Shown here piece after piece: positions 1 through 14,739 of a stretch of 64,000 nt of DNA (the stretch's first letter is position 1; every line of letters begins with the position of its first letter). Both the position numbers and the translations under genes were made by a program. The notes beneath the pieces are model-generated. The model was not told the origin of the DNA, searched no databases, and was given only the letters and a program-made list of their open reading frames with translations. The DNA comes from Eledone cirrhosa (taxonomy: Eukaryota): NCBI GenBank assembly GCA_964016885.1, contig OZ024741.1, positions 170,438,001 through 170,502,000 on the forward strand. Reading direction: 5' to 3'.

Positions 1-406
1 TAATTTCTATTTGCTTATGATTTCATATCCACATATATAAATGTGAGTGGGGGAGTGTGTGTGTTTGTATGTTCGTGGTTATGTGTATATTTATGCATAT
101 ACGCACATGTATGTGTGATTATACTGATATGTGTGAGTATGAAAAAAATATATTTATATGCTTGACTCCATAAGTATCATTGCGTATCTTATCAGCGCAT
201 TAAGCTTACAGAGATATTAACCTTGAAATTTTGTGTTTGCATCCATCTTTTTAGTATGCACATACAAATTATACACACATTATTGTAAAATATGTGTAAG
301 GTTTTTACATGTATATACACACACCAAACTGCTTTTAACCCTTTGTGTTTTCATTGGTCAATTTTGAACTGATATTTTGAATTGTTGTTATTATCAATAA
401 ATATAC

Positions 407-561
407 TTCATTATTTCTGAAGACGGCGTATATATGAGTTAGGTATGTATATTTAATCTTGATAATTTGTATAATTTTGTATAATTTTGTACATAGATCT
501 GTTAAATATGCATACCAATTATAACACATATATACCCTAGAAACGATCGTTAAATAGTGAA
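407..561 (+). ncRNA. Type I hammerhead ribozyme motif with about 115-nt stem II (family A 5' pLTR)
   Basis: Stem I TTCATTATTT/AAATAGTGAA; CTGAAGA at 417; stem II pairs GTATATATG/CATATATAC and GGTATGTATATTTAA/TTAAATATGCATACC; GAAA at 540; palindromic stem III ACGATCGT; GUU site. Confidence 0.75.
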
Positions 562-904
562 CTTTTTTTGTTTAATATAAGGAATTGTTTGTTCATTATT
601 TGTTTAATATTTTATCTTGACTCTGTATACCGTTTATCTTTCACCGAAAGTGGATTTTCATTACATCTCTTCTTTCCATGATATCCGGAATACATTGAGT
701 TCTTCATACGGATTGGACACTACCGTAAACTCTTGGTAGATTTATCTACATAATTTTGCTCCTATTTTCACGGAAATATTCGTATTTTTGTACTGTATGT
801 GTGTATTAATTTTATATTTATGTATAAACATATATATATGTATGATTTTGTAAACCCATATACATTTAGTTGAGCTCTTTCAATTGTCCATCATCCATAT
901 CACA

Positions 905-3346
905 ATGGAAAAACAATATTTAGGAACCTCCTTAAAAAACATACCAATACCTTCTAAGGACGACTTCTTACTCCTTATGATTCAGAAAACTAATAATTTT
1001 ATCAGAAGGGTTAGATGGAGAGCCTACCACTTCGATAGAAAATCTAAACAAGCAGATCGGAAATATATGTATGATTTCAACACTTACAAGAATCCACCAC
1101 ACAACTTTTTACTTGAAGACTTCGAGAAAGACCTTTTTAATTTAATTAAACACCTCAAATTTAAAAAGTATAAATCCGTCTTTCAAAAGGACCTTGATTC
1201 TACCCTATTGGACCTAAAAAAGTCTAAAAAAATCCATGTCCACTCGGACAAAACTGGTAACTTGTATCATATGGATATTGAACATTATAATGAGTTCATA
1301 TATAAAGAACTCAGAAAAAATTATAAAAAATCTAATAATGTGTCACTCACCAACATCAACAACAAAACACACAACATAGTAAAAAAACTAAATATTGAAG
1401 ATAGAACTGAACCTTTGGCATTGAAAAGACCACACTTCAACCTGAAAGATCACAAATCTAACTTTAACTCTAATCCTTCTATTAGACTTATATGTCCCTC
1501 CAAATCAGATATTGGAATAATTAGCAAAAAAATTTTAGATAGAGTCATCCCACAAATAAGAAAATACGTTATTTTACCACTCTGGGAAAACACCTCCCAG
1601 GTAATTAATTGGTTTAAAAATATTAGGTGTAAATCTTCTGCTTCTTTCCTACAATTTGATATAGATAATTACTATTCTTCTATATCACCCATACTCCTGA
1701 ACAAAGCATTAATATTTGCTAAAAATAGATCTAATTTAACTTCGGATGACATTAACATTATTACACATGCTAGACAAACACTTATTGAATTTCAGAATGA
1801 ATACTGGACCAGAAACACATACAGTAATCTTTTTGATATTACTATGGGTTCAAGCGATTCCGCCCAAATTACTGATCTTGTGGGCCTCTTTCTCCTTTTC
1901 AACATAAATGCCTCTTTTCCCCACCTCAAAGGTGGTTTATATCGTGATGACTGTCTTCTTCTTTCTAACAACCTTAGCCTTTCAGAAATCGAAAAAAACA
2001 AAAAGCATATTAGAACTTTCCTTAAAGACTATTATAATCTTAATATTACTTTTGAAAAAACAAGTAAAGTAGTAAATTTCCTAGATATAACTTTAGATTT
2101 AGCTACGGGTATATACCAACCTTACCATAAACCTAACCAAAACTTACATTACATACACTCACAATCTAATCACCCTAAATCTATCCTTAAAAACCTTGCA
2201 TATAATATATCACTTAGAATTTCTAACCTTTCTTCTAACCAAGATGTATTTGATAAAAATGCGACCTTTTATAATGAAGCTCTAGATAGAAGTGGCCACA
2301 AAAATAGATTAGAGTATATACCTTCTACTAAAAATACTGAAAGCATACAGCATAATATTACCAACAAACACCAAATGAAAAGTACACACCTAAATGCCAC
2401 CCACAGTACACCCCAAAATACTAAATCTTCTAATATAAAGTATAGTAACCCTCAAAAAACTACTCATCATACAACTATAATAAATATTAATAATAAAACT
2501 CCTAATAAAAAAGATAAAACACCTAAATCTACAAATATAACTAAAAATAGTTGTGGTGAGATCATTAACATTAATCCTCCTAGTAAAAATCATGATACAA
2601 CATATAAAAATAATAAAAATAATAAACAACATAGAAACCGTAATAGACGAGTTACTTGGTATAATGCTCCTTTTAATTTACAAGTTAAGGATAATATTGC
2701 TAAAAAATTTTTTTATATCCTTGAGAAAAACTTCCCGCCAAACCACAAATACCATCAAATCTTAAATAGGTCTACAGTTAAATTCTCATACTCTACAACA
2801 AATAACATAAAACAAAATATAAGTGCATATAATGCATATAAATGTAAGAAAACCATAAGTATACCACCAGTACATCAAATTAACAATAATATCTCCTCAA
2901 ATACAGAATTAACGAAAGGATGTAACTGTAGAAACAAAACAAACTGCCCATTAAAAGGGAATTGTCTTGTTAACAACATAGTCTATAAATGTAATGTTAA
3001 AACTAAAGATTCTATTTGCTCATATATAGGAGCTACCTCTAACAATTTTAAGACAAGGTATAATACCCACAAACATAGCTTTAAAAATGCCGCACTGGCT
3101 AATACAACATCTCTAGCAGAAAAAATCAATAGTTATAAAAATAAAAATATAAAATATGATTTGACCTGGAGTGTGCTCAAAAGAGCCACCCCTTATCAAA
3201 ATAATAGAAAGGAATGTAGATTATGTTCCCAAGAACTATTTGAAATAATGAAGTCTAGGGATATCTTATTAAATAAAAGACAGGAATTAATTATATCGTG
3301 TAATCATAAACTAAAAAAAACATTTAAATATTATAAACCTAATTAA
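905..3346 (+). CDS. PLE reverse transcriptase with C-terminal GIY-YIG endonuclease (intact ORF; first ATG 905, track starts at TTG 884)
   Basis: Motifs SLKNIPIPS, HSDKTGNLY, QFDIDNYYSSI, ITMGSSDSAQITDLVG, LYRDD, VNFLDITLDL, SNHP, WYNAPF, CNCR-x4-CPL-x-G-x-CL, IVYKC...YIGAT...FKTRYNTHKHSF, CRLC, LLNKRQE, C-x-H. Confidence 0.93.
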   Translation: MEKQYLGTSLKNIPIPSKDDFLLLMIQKTNNFIRRVRWRAYHFDRKSKQADRKYMYDFNTYKNPPHNFLLEDFEKDLFNLIKHLKFKKYKSVFQKDLDSTLLDLKKSKKIHVHSDKTGNLYHMDIEHYNEFIYKELRKNYKKSNNVSLTNINNKTHNIVKKLNIEDRTEPLALKRPHFNLKDHKSNFNSNPSIRLICPSKSDIGIISKKILDRVIPQIRKYVILPLWENTSQVINWFKNIRCKSSASFLQFDIDNYYSSISPILLNKALIFAKNRSNLTSDDINIITHARQTLIEFQNEYWTRNTYSNLFDITMGSSDSAQITDLVGLFLLFNINASFPHLKGGLYRDDCLLLSNNLSLSEIEKNKKHIRTFLKDYYNLNITFEKTSKVVNFLDITLDLATGIYQPYHKPNQNLHYIHSQSNHPKSILKNLAYNISLRISNLSSNQDVFDKNATFYNEALDRSGHKNRLEYIPSTKNTESIQHNITNKHQMKSTHLNATHSTPQNTKSSNIKYSNPQKTTHHTTIININNKTPNKKDKTPKSTNITKNSCGEIININPPSKNHDTTYKNNKNNKQHRNRNRRVTWYNAPFNLQVKDNIAKKFFYILEKNFPPNHKYHQILNRSTVKFSYSTTNNIKQNISAYNAYKCKKTISIPPVHQINNNISSNTELTKGCNCRNKTNCPLKGNCLVNNIVYKCNVKTKDSICSYIGATSNNFKTRYNTHKHSFKNAALANTTSLAEKINSYKNKNIKYDLTWSVLKRATPYQNNRKECRLCSQELFEIMKSRDILLNKRQELIISCNHKLKKTFKYYKPN

Positions 3347-5082
3347 TAACATTATTCTAGAATTTAATTTAATTTAAATGTTAGTTAACCTATAAATTTA
3401 ATTTAATTAATATTTTATTACAGATGAGAAAATATTATGTAATCATAAATTTTGAAAAACCTTTAAATATTACTAATATATACTCAGTAATTTAATTTAT
3501 AGATTAATTTTAATTTATTTTAACCTTTTATTATAATTTTTTTTATTATAATTCTTTTACAGATAAAATATAACAAAATAATATCATGTATCCAATGACG
3601 GAGAAAGAATTTTTAGTATTATAGACCTAATTAATATACATTTTGGAAATATATTTATTATTTGGTTTTAGTTTTAATCAACCTAAAACTTTAATTTTAA
3701 TTTGCTTAAAATTAGTATCCTTGTACAGACGAATTGCAGAATGTCATGTAATCATAGAATGGGATGTGTTTTTGATATATACCTAGTTAATATATTCTGT
3801 GCAATTTTTTGAAAAAGATTTGTATATCTATATGTATATGTATATGTGTGTGTTGTATGTGTATCTGTATGTATATTTATGTGAGTATATATGTATATAT
3901 GTGTATATATATGTATATATATATATATATATGTGTGTATATGTATATGTATGTGTATGTGTATGTATATGTATATGTATGCGTATTAATTTTGATTTTT
4001 ATTTGCATATAATTATATTATGCTATTGATGAAATACAATATCTGCTTTATGTATTGTATACCTAATTAACATATACTAATTAACGTATACTATTGAAAT
4101 AAATATATAATTTTTAATTTAGTTAACATATAATTTATATGCTACTACCGATGTAATACTTTATTTTATTTTTATTTGGGTTTCTTTTCCCTATTACTAA
4201 ATTCATTTCCTAATATTGATACCATAACGTTATTAACTTTAATTTAGTTATAATGTAATTAATAATCTACTACTGTTTGACTTCATAATTCTGCTTCAAA
4301 TATTATAAACCTAACTAATTTACACCTTGGAAATCAATATGTTGACTATCTTTGGTTTAGTTAACATATGATTAATGGTATACTTTTTTGTTTTGAGATG
4401 CATAGATTTCGTATTTCCTAGCACTGAAAATATGTAAGAACATACATTGAATTAAGATACGGAAAATATTACATGTTTCTTGAAACATATATTTACTTTG
4501 ATCCCTTTCTCCAAACCCCCCCTTTCCCCCATACTATTATCATCTGTTTTTGTAAGCGTATATGTATGAATATATGTGTAGGTGGGTGTCTATATAGGTT
4601 TTGGTATTTATTTCTAAATATAAAAATACATATATGAGCATGTAAATATGAATGTAAGATTGAGTGTGTATATATGATCGTACATACATATGTATGTATA
4701 TATATGTATATATATGTATTATATATGTATGTGTATGTGAATGTGTGGTATGTATATGTGTATGTATATGTATATATGTGTATGTATGTGTATGCTTGTA
4801 TATAGGAATATATATATGTGTATATATGTATGTATATGTATATGCGTGTTTGTATGTATGTGTATATGGGTTCTGTATATATTTGTATGTCTCTCTATTT
4901 ATATGTTTATCTTCGTATCTATGTGATATATGTGTGTGTGTGTGCACGTATGCATATGTATGTGTTTGTGTGTGTTTGTATGTGTGTGTGTATATATATG
5001 TGTATTTGCGCACACTCACATACACATATATATATATATATATGTGAGTGTGTATGTGTGTCTGTGTGTGTGTGTGTGTGTG

Positions 5083-5113
<31 letters not shown>

Positions 5114-5280
5114 GTGTATGTATATATATATAGATATATATATATATATATATATATGTGTATATAGGTGTCTATGTGTGAATATATGTCTTTTCGTATG
5201 TGTGTATTTATGTATGTATATATTTATGTGTATGTATGTATGTGTATGTATGTATGTATATATATATATATATGTATATA

Positions 5281-5313
<33 letters not shown>

Positions 5314-5645
5314 TATTCTTTATTATTATTGTAATATAACTTATGTGTATATGTGTATAAGTGAGGTTGTGTATGTATATATACTATGTGTATATATAAG
5401 AGTAATGAAATATATATATATATATATATATGTGCATGTCTGTTTTTTATGTGTGTGTATATATATATATGTATGTGTATATATGTATATATATATATAT
5501 ATGTGTACGTGTGTGTATGTGGATATATATATATATATATATATATACATGTGGGTGTTTGTATGTGTATTTATGGTGGTATGAGTGTGTGGATATATAT
5601 GTTTATATATATATATGTATATGTATATATATATATAAGAGTCTA

Positions 5646-5700
<55 letters not shown>

Positions 5701-6061
5701 ATGTGTGTATGTGTTGCGCGTGAGTGTGTGTGTATTTATATCTTTTTATATGTGTATGTGTATGTTCGTGTAAATGTATGTGTGTGTATGACTGTATAGG
5801 TATGTGTGTATGTATGTATGTGTAAATATCTCTATGTGCGCGTACATGTATCTATGTGTATGTATATCTGTATGTGTATGTACATTATATTATATTTATT
5901 ATATTTTATTGTTTTTATTTTTTTATTTTTCTTAATTTATAGATACATTTATATTAGGCAGTCTGGTCTGACAATCTAATACTGACCCCTCCCCCCCCTC
6001 CCACCTAATTTCTGTATCTTGATCTTGAAATGTGTGTGCCAGTGTTTTTATGTGAGTGACT
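3347..6061 (+). repeat. Family A 3' UTR with embedded degenerate (TA)n/(TG)n/(TATG)n arrays (about 3820-3985 and 4660-5880)
   Basis: The same microsatellite blocks recur at homologous positions in the copies at 6973-11831 (minus) and 11832-15852. Confidence 0.9.
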
Positions 6062-6467
6062 TAATTTCTATTTGCTTATGATTTTATATCCACATATATA
6101 AATGTGAGTGGGGGAGTGTGTGTGTTTGTATGTTCGTGGTTATGTGTATATTTATGCATATACGCACATGTATGTGTGATTATACTGATATGTGTGAGTA
6201 TGAAAAAAATATATTTATATGCTTGACTCCATAAGTATCATTGCGTATCTTATCAGCGCATTAAGCTTACAGAGATATTAACCTTGAAATTTTGTGTTTG
6301 CATCCATCTTTTTAGTATGCACATACAAATTATACACACATTATTGTAAAATATGTGTAAGGTTTTTACATGTATATACACACACCAAACTGCTTTTAAC
6401 CCTTTGTGTTTTCATTGGTCAATTTTGAACTGATATTTTGAATTGTTGTTATTATCAATAAATATAC

Positions 6468-6622
6468 TTCATTATTTCTGAAGACGGCGTATATATGAGT
6501 TAGGTATGTATATTTAATCTTGATAATTTGTATAATTTTGTATAATTTTGTACATAGATCTGTTAAATATGCATACCAATTATAACACATATATACCCTA
6601 GAAACGATCGTTAAATAGTGAA
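6468..6622 (+). ncRNA. Hammerhead motif in family A 3' pLTR
   Basis: Same sequence as 407..561. Confidence 0.75.
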
Positions 6623-6820
6623 CTTTTTTTGTTTAATATAAGGAATTGTTTGTTCATTATTTGTTTAATATTTTATCTTGACTCTGTATACCGTTTATCT
6701 TTCACCGAAAGTGGATTTTCATTACATCTCTTCTTTCCATGATATCCGGAATACATTGAGTTCTTCATACGGATTGGACACTACCGTAAACTCTTGGTAG
6801 ATTTATCTACATATATATAT

Positions 6821-6973
<153 letters not shown>

Positions 6974-7024
6974 AAATATTAAACAAATAATGAACAAACA
7001 ATTCCTTATATTAAACAAAAAAAG

Positions 7025-7179
7025 TTCACTATTTAACGATCGTTTCTAGGGTATATATGTGTTATAATTGGTATGCATATTTAACAGATCTATGTACAAA
7101 ATTATACAAAATTATACAAATTATCAAGATTAAATATACATACCTAACTCATATATACGCCGTCTTCAGAAATAATGAA
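7025..7179 (-). ncRNA. Hammerhead motif, inverted family A pLTR
   Basis: Reverse complement of 407..561. Confidence 0.72.
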
Positions 7180-7949
7180 GTATATTTATTGATAATAACA
7201 ACAATTCAAAATATCAGTTCAAAATTGACCAATGAAAACACAAAGGGTTAAAAAACAGTTTGGTGTGTGTATATACATGTAAAAACCTTACACATATTTT
7301 ACAATAATGTGTGTATAATTTGTATGTGCATACTAAAAAGATGGATGCAAATACAAAATTTCAAGGTTAATATCTCTGTAAGCTTAATGCGCTGATAAGA
7401 TACGCAATGATACTTATGGAGTCAAGCATATAAATATATTTTTTTCATACTCACACATATCAGTATAATCACACATACATGTGCGTATATGTATAAATAT
7501 ACACATAACCACGAACATACAAACACACACACTCCCCCACTCACATTTATATATGTGGATATAAAATCATAAGCAAATAGAAATTAAGTCACTCACATAA
7601 AAACACTGGTACACACATTTCAAGATCAAGATACAGAAATTAGGTGGGAGGGGGGGGGGAGGGGTCAGTATTAGATTGTCAGACCAGACAGCCTAATATA
7701 AATGTATCTATAAATTAAGAAAAATAAAAAAATAAAAACAATAAAATATAATACATATAATATAATGTACATACGCATACAGATATACATACACATACAT
7801 ACATGTACGCGCACATAGAGATATCTACACATACATACATACACACATACCTATACTGTCATACACACACATACATTTACACGAACATACACATACACAT
7901 ATAAAAAGATATAAATACACACACACACACGCGCAACACATACACACAT

Positions 7950-7988
<39 letters not shown>

Positions 7989-8096
7989 TATACACACACA
8001 CATAGACTCATATATATATACATACATATACATACACACATACAAACATATATATCCCCACACTCATACCACCATAAAAACACATACAAACACCCA

Positions 8097-8133
<37 letters not shown>

Positions 8134-8342
8134 ACATACACACACGTACACATATATGTATATATACATACATATATACACACATACACATATATATATA
8201 CACACACACATAAAATACAGACATGCACATATATATATATATATATATATTTCATTACTCTTATATATACACATAGTATATATACATACACAACCTCACT
8301 TATACACATATACACATAAGTTATATTACATTAATAATAAAG

Positions 8343-8395
<53 letters not shown>

Positions 8396-8516
8396 TATAC
8401 ATACATACATATACATACACATACATACATACACATACATACATACACCTAAATATATACATATATAAATACACACATACGAATAAAGACATATATTCAC
8501 ACATAGACACCTATAT

Positions 8517-8552
<36 letters not shown>

Positions 8553-10370
8553 ATATACACACACATACACATATATACACATATATATATATACACATAC
8601 ACACACACACACACACACAGACACACATACACACTCACATATATATATATATATATATGTGTATGTGAGTGTGCGCAAATACATATATATATACACACAC
8701 ACATACAAACACACACAAACACATACATATGCATACGTGCACACACACACACATATATCACATATATACGAAGATAAACATATAAATAGAGAGACATACA
8801 AATATATACAGAACCCATATACACATACATACAAACACGCATATACATATATATACATATATACACATACATATATTCCTATATACAAGCATACACATAC
8901 ACACACATATATACATATACATACACATATACATACCACACATTCACATACACATACATATATAATACATATATATACATATATATACATACATATGTAT
9001 GTACAATCATATATACACACTCAATCTTACATTCATATTTACATGCTCATATATGTATTTTTATATTTAGAAATAAATACCAAAACCTATATAGACACCC
9101 ATCTACACATATATTCATACATATACGCTTACAAAAACAGATGATAATAGTATGGGGGAAAGTGGGGGTTTGGAGAAGGGGATCAAAGTAAATATATGTT
9201 TCAAGAAACATATAATATTTTCCATATCTTAATTCAATGTATGTTCTTACATATTTTCAGTGCTAGGAAATACGAAATCTATGCATCACAAAATAAAAAA
9301 GTATACCATTAATCATATGTTAACTAAACCAAAGATAGTCAACATATTGATTTCCAAGGTGTAAATTAGTTAGGTTTATAATATTTGAAGCAGAATTATG
9401 AAGTCAAACAGTAGTAGATTATTAATTACATTATAACTAAATTAAAGTTAATAACGTTATGGTATCAATATTAGGAGATGAATTTAGTAATAGGGAAAAG
9501 AAACCCAAATAAAAATAAAATAAAGTATTACATCGGTAGTAGCATATAAATTATATGTTAACTAAATTAAAAATTATATATTTATTTCAATAGTATACGT
9601 TAATTAGTATATGTTAATTAGGTATACAATACATAAAGCAGATATTGTATTTCATCAATAGCATAATATAATTATATGCAAATAAAAATCAAAATTAATA
9701 CGCATACATATACATATACATACACATACACATATATATACATATACATACACATATATATATATATATATACATATATATACACATACATACATATATA
9801 GTCACATAAATATACATACAGATACACATACAACACACACATATACATATACATATAGATATACATATCTTTTTCAAAAAATTGCACAGAATATATTAAC
9901 TAGGTATATATCCAAAACACCTCCCATTCTATGATTACATGACATTCTGCAATTCGTCTGTACAAGGATACTAATTTTAAGCAAATTAAAATTAAAGTTT
10001 TAGGTTGATTAAAACTAAAACCAAATAATAAATATATTTCCAAAATGTATATTAATTAGGTCTATAATACTAAAAATTCTTTCTCCGTCATAGGATACAT
10101 GATATTATTTTGTTATATTTTATCTGTAAAAGAATTATAATAAAAAAAATTATAATAAAAGGTTAAACTAAATTAAAAAATTATAATAAAAGGTTAAAAT
10201 AAGTTAAAATTAATCTATAAATTAAATTACTGAATATATATTAGTAATATTTAAAGGTTTTTCAAAATTTATGATTACATAATATTTTCTCATCTGTAAT
10301 AAAATATTAATTAAATTAAATTTATAGGTTAACTAACATTTAAATTAAATTAAATTCTAGAATAATGTTA

Positions 10371-11831
10371 TTAATTAGGTTTATAATATTTAAATGTTTT
10401 TTTTAGTTTATGATTACACGATATAATTAATTCCTGTCTTTTATTTAATAAGATATCCCTAGACTTCATTATTTCAAATAGTTCTTGGGAACATAATCTA
10501 CATTCCTTTCTATTATTTTGATAAGGGGTGGCTCTTTTGAGCACACTCCAGGTCAAATCATATTTTATATTTTTATTTTTATAACTATTGATTTTTTCTG
10601 CTAGAGATGTTGTATTAGCCAGTGCGGCATTTTTAAAGCTATGTTTGTGGGTATTATACCTTGTCTTAAAATTGTTAGAGGTAGCTCCTATATATGAGCA
10701 AATAGAATCTTTAGTTTTAACATTACATTTATAGACTATGTTGTTAACAAGACAATTCCCTTTTAATGGGCAGTTTGTTTTGTTTCTACAGTTACATCCT
10801 TTCGTTAATTCTGTATTTGAGGAGATATTATTGTTAATTTGATGTACTGGTGGTATACTTATGGTTTTCTTACATTTATATGCATTATATGCACTTATAT
10901 TTTGTTTTATGTTATTTGTTGTAGAGTATGAGAATTTAACTGTAGACCTATTTAAGATTTGATGGTATTTGTGGTTTGGCGGGAAGTTTTTCTCAAGGAT
11001 ATAAAAAAATTTTTTAGCAATATTATCCTTAACTTGTAAATTAAAAGGAGCATTATACCAAGTAACTCGTCTATTACGGTTTCTATGTTGTTTATTATTT
11101 TTATTATTTTTATATGTTGTATCATGATTTTTACTAGGAGGAATAATGTTAATGATCTCACCACAACTATTTTTAGTTATATTTGTAGATTTAGGTGTTT
11201 TATCTTTTTTATTAGGAGTTTTATTATTAATATTTATTATAGTCGTATGATGAGTAGTTTTTTGAGGGTTACTATACTTTATATTAGAAGATTTAGTATT
11301 TTGGGGTATACTGTGGGTGGCATTTAGGTGTGTACTTTTCATTTGGTGTTAGTTGGTAATATTATGCTGTATGCTTTCAGTATTTTTAGTAGAAGGTATA
11401 TACTCTAATCTATTTTTGTGGCCACTTCTATCTAGAGCTTCATTATAAAAGGTCGCATTTTTATCAAATACATCTTGGTTAGAAGAAAGGTTAGAAATTC
11501 TAAGTGATATATTATATGCAAGGTTTTTAAGGATAGATTTAGGGTGATTAGATTGTGAGTGTATGTAATGTAAGTTTTGGTTAGGTTTATGGTAAGGTTG
11601 GTATATACCCGTAGCTAAATCTAAAGTTATATCTAGGAAATTTACTACTTTACTTGTTTTTTCAAAAGTAATATTAAGATTATAATAGTCTTTAAGGAAA
11701 GTTCTAATATGCTTTTTGTTTTTTTCGATTTCTGAAAGGCTAAGGTTGTTAGAAAGAAGAAGACAGTCATCACGATATAAACCACCTTTGAGGTGGGGAA
11801 AAGAGGCATTTATGTTGAAAAGGAGAAAGAG
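10371..11831 (-). pseudogene. 5'-truncated family A RT/EN ORF with a nonsense mutation
   Basis: Matches about 1886..3346. An AAA>TAA change near 11350 leaves the 323-aa C-terminal ORF. Confidence 0.88.
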
Positions 11832-12315
11832 ACCACCAGTACATCAAATTAACAATAATATCTCCTCAAATACAGAATTAACGAAAGGATGTAACTGTAG
11901 AAACAAAACAAACTGCCCATTAAAAGGGAATTGTCTTGTTAACAACATAGTCTATAAATGTAATGTTAAAACTAAAGATTCTATTTGCTCATATATAGGA
12001 GCTACCTCTAACAATTTTAAGACAAGGTATAATACCCACAAACATAGCTTTAAAAATGCCGCACTGGCTAATACAACATCTCTAGCAGAAAAAATCAATA
12101 GTTATAAAAATAAAAATATAAAATATGATTTGACCTGGAGTGTGCTCAAAAGAGCCACCCCTTATCAAAATAATAGAAAGGAATGTAGATTATGTTCCCA
12201 AGAACTATTTGAAATAATGAAGTCTAGGGATATCTTATTAAATAAAAGACAGGAATTAATTATATCGTGTAATCATAAACTAAAAAAAACATTTAAATAT
12301 TATAAACCTAATTAA
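11832..12315 (+). pseudogene. 5'-truncated family A GIY-YIG domain
   Basis: Matches 2863..3346. Confidence 0.9.
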
Positions 12316-14287
12316 TAACATTATTCTAGAATTTAATTTAATTTAAATGTTAGTTAACCTATAAATTTAATTTAATTAATATTTTATTACAGATGAGAAA
12401 ATATTATGTAATCATAAATTTTGAAAAACCTTTAAATATTACTAATATATATTCAGTAATTTAATTTATAGATTAATTTTAACTTATTTTAACCTTTTAT
12501 TATAATTTTTTAATTTAGTTTAACCTTTTATTATAATTTTTTTTTATTATAATTCTTTTACAGATAAAATATAACAAAATAATATCATGTATCCTATGAC
12601 GGAGAAAGAATTTTTAGTATTATAGACCTAATTAATATACATTTTGGAAATATATTTATTATTTGGTTTTAGTTTTAATCAACCTAAAACTTTAATTTTA
12701 ATTTGCTTAAAATTAGTATCCTTGTACAGACGAATTGCAGAATGTCATGTAATCATAGAATGGGAGGTGTTTTGGATATATACCTAGTTAATATATTCTG
12801 TGCAATTTTTTGAAAAAGATATGTATATCTATATGTATATGTATATGTGTGTGTTGTATGTGTATCTGTATGTATATTTATGTGACTATATATGTATGTA
12901 TGTGTATATATATGTATATATATATATATATATGTGTATGTATATGTATATATATGTGTATGTGTATGTATATGTATATGTATGCGTATTAATTTTGATT
13001 TTTATTTGCATATAATTATATTATGCTATTGATGAAATACAATATCTGCTTTATGTATTGTATACCTAATTAACATATACTAATTAACGTATACTATTGA
13101 AATAAATATATAATTTTTAATTTAGTTAACATATAATTTATATGCTACTACCGATGTAATACTTTATTTTATTTTTATTTGGGTTTCTTTTCCCTATTAC
13201 TAAATTCATCTCCTAATATTGATACCATAACGTTATTAACTTTAATTTAGTTATAATGTAATTAATAATCTACTACTGTTTGACTTCATAATTCTGCTTC
13301 AAATATTATAAACCTAACTAATTTACACCTTGGAAATCAATATGTTGACTATCTTTGGTTTAGTTAACATATGATTAATGGTATACTTTTTTATTTTGTG
13401 ATGCATAGATTTCGTATTTCCTAGCACTGAAAATATGTAAGAACATACATTGAATTAAGATATGGAAAATATTATATGTTTCTTGAAACATATATTTACT
13501 TTGATCCCCTTCTCCAAACCCCCCCTTTCCCCCATACTATTATCATCTGTTTTTGTAAGCGTATATGTATGAATATATGTGTAGATGGGTGTCTATATAG
13601 GTTTTGGTATTTATTTCTAAATATAAAAATACATATATGAGCATGTAAATATGAATGTAAGATTGAGTGTGTATATATGATTGTACATACATATGTATGT
13701 ATATATATGTATATATATGTATTATATATGTATGTGTATGTGAATGTGTGGTATGTATATGTGTATGTATATGTATATATGTGTGTGTATGTGTATGCTT
13801 GTATATAGGAATATATGTATGTGTATATATGTATATATATGTATATGCGTGTTTGTATGTATGTGTATATGGGTTCTGTATATATTTGTATGTCTCTCTA
13901 TTTATATGTTTATCTTCGTATATATGTGATATATGTGTGTGTGTGTGCACGTATGCATATGTATGTGTTTGTGTGTGTTTGTATGTGTGTGTGTATATAT
14001 ATATGTATTTGCGCACACTCACATACACATATATATATATATATATATGTGAGTGTGTATGTGTGTCTGTGTGTGTGTGTGTGTGTGTATGTGTATATAT
14101 ATATATGTGTATATATGTGTATGTGTGTGTATATAGATATATATATATATATATATATATATGTGTATATAGGTGTCTATGTGTGAATATATGTCTTTAT
14201 TCGTATGTGTGTATTTATATATGTATATATTTAGGTGTATGTATGTATGTGTATGTATGTATGTGTATGTATATGTATGTATGTATA

Positions 14288-14338
<51 letters not shown>

Positions 14339-14547
14339 CTTTATTATTAATGTAATATAACTTATGTGTATATGTGTATAAGTGAGGTTGTGTATGTATA
14401 TATACTATGTGTATATATAAGAGTAATGAAATATATATATATATATATATATGTGCATGTCTGTATTTTATGTGTGTGTGTATATATATATGTGTATGTG
14501 TGTATATATGTATGTATATATACATATATGTGTACGTGTGTGTATGT

Positions 14548-14588
<41 letters not shown>

Positions 14589-14696
14589 TGGGTGTTTGTA
14601 TGTGTTTTTATGGTGGTATGAGTGTGGGGATATATATGTTTGTATGTGTGTATGTATATGTATGTATATATATATGAGTCTATGTGTGTGTGTATA

Positions 14697-14739
<43 letters not shown>

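Larger units (their letters stand above)
1..6811 (+). mobile_element. Penelope-like retroelement family A, apparently full length, with direct pseudo-LTRs (5' pLTR runs off the window start)
   Basis: 1..750 is repeated almost exactly at 6062..6811 (unit 6061 bp). It brackets an RT/GIY-YIG ORF and a microsatellite-rich 3' UTR, and ends in (TA)n. Confidence 0.93.

Noticed and set aside
335-529. 64-aa ORF repeated four times
   Set aside because: It is antisense to the pLTR hammerhead region; identity reflects repeat copies.
11716-12315. 199-aa stand-alone GIY-YIG ORF
   Set aside because: A chimera across the inversion junction (antisense RT plus EN) with a non-ATG start.
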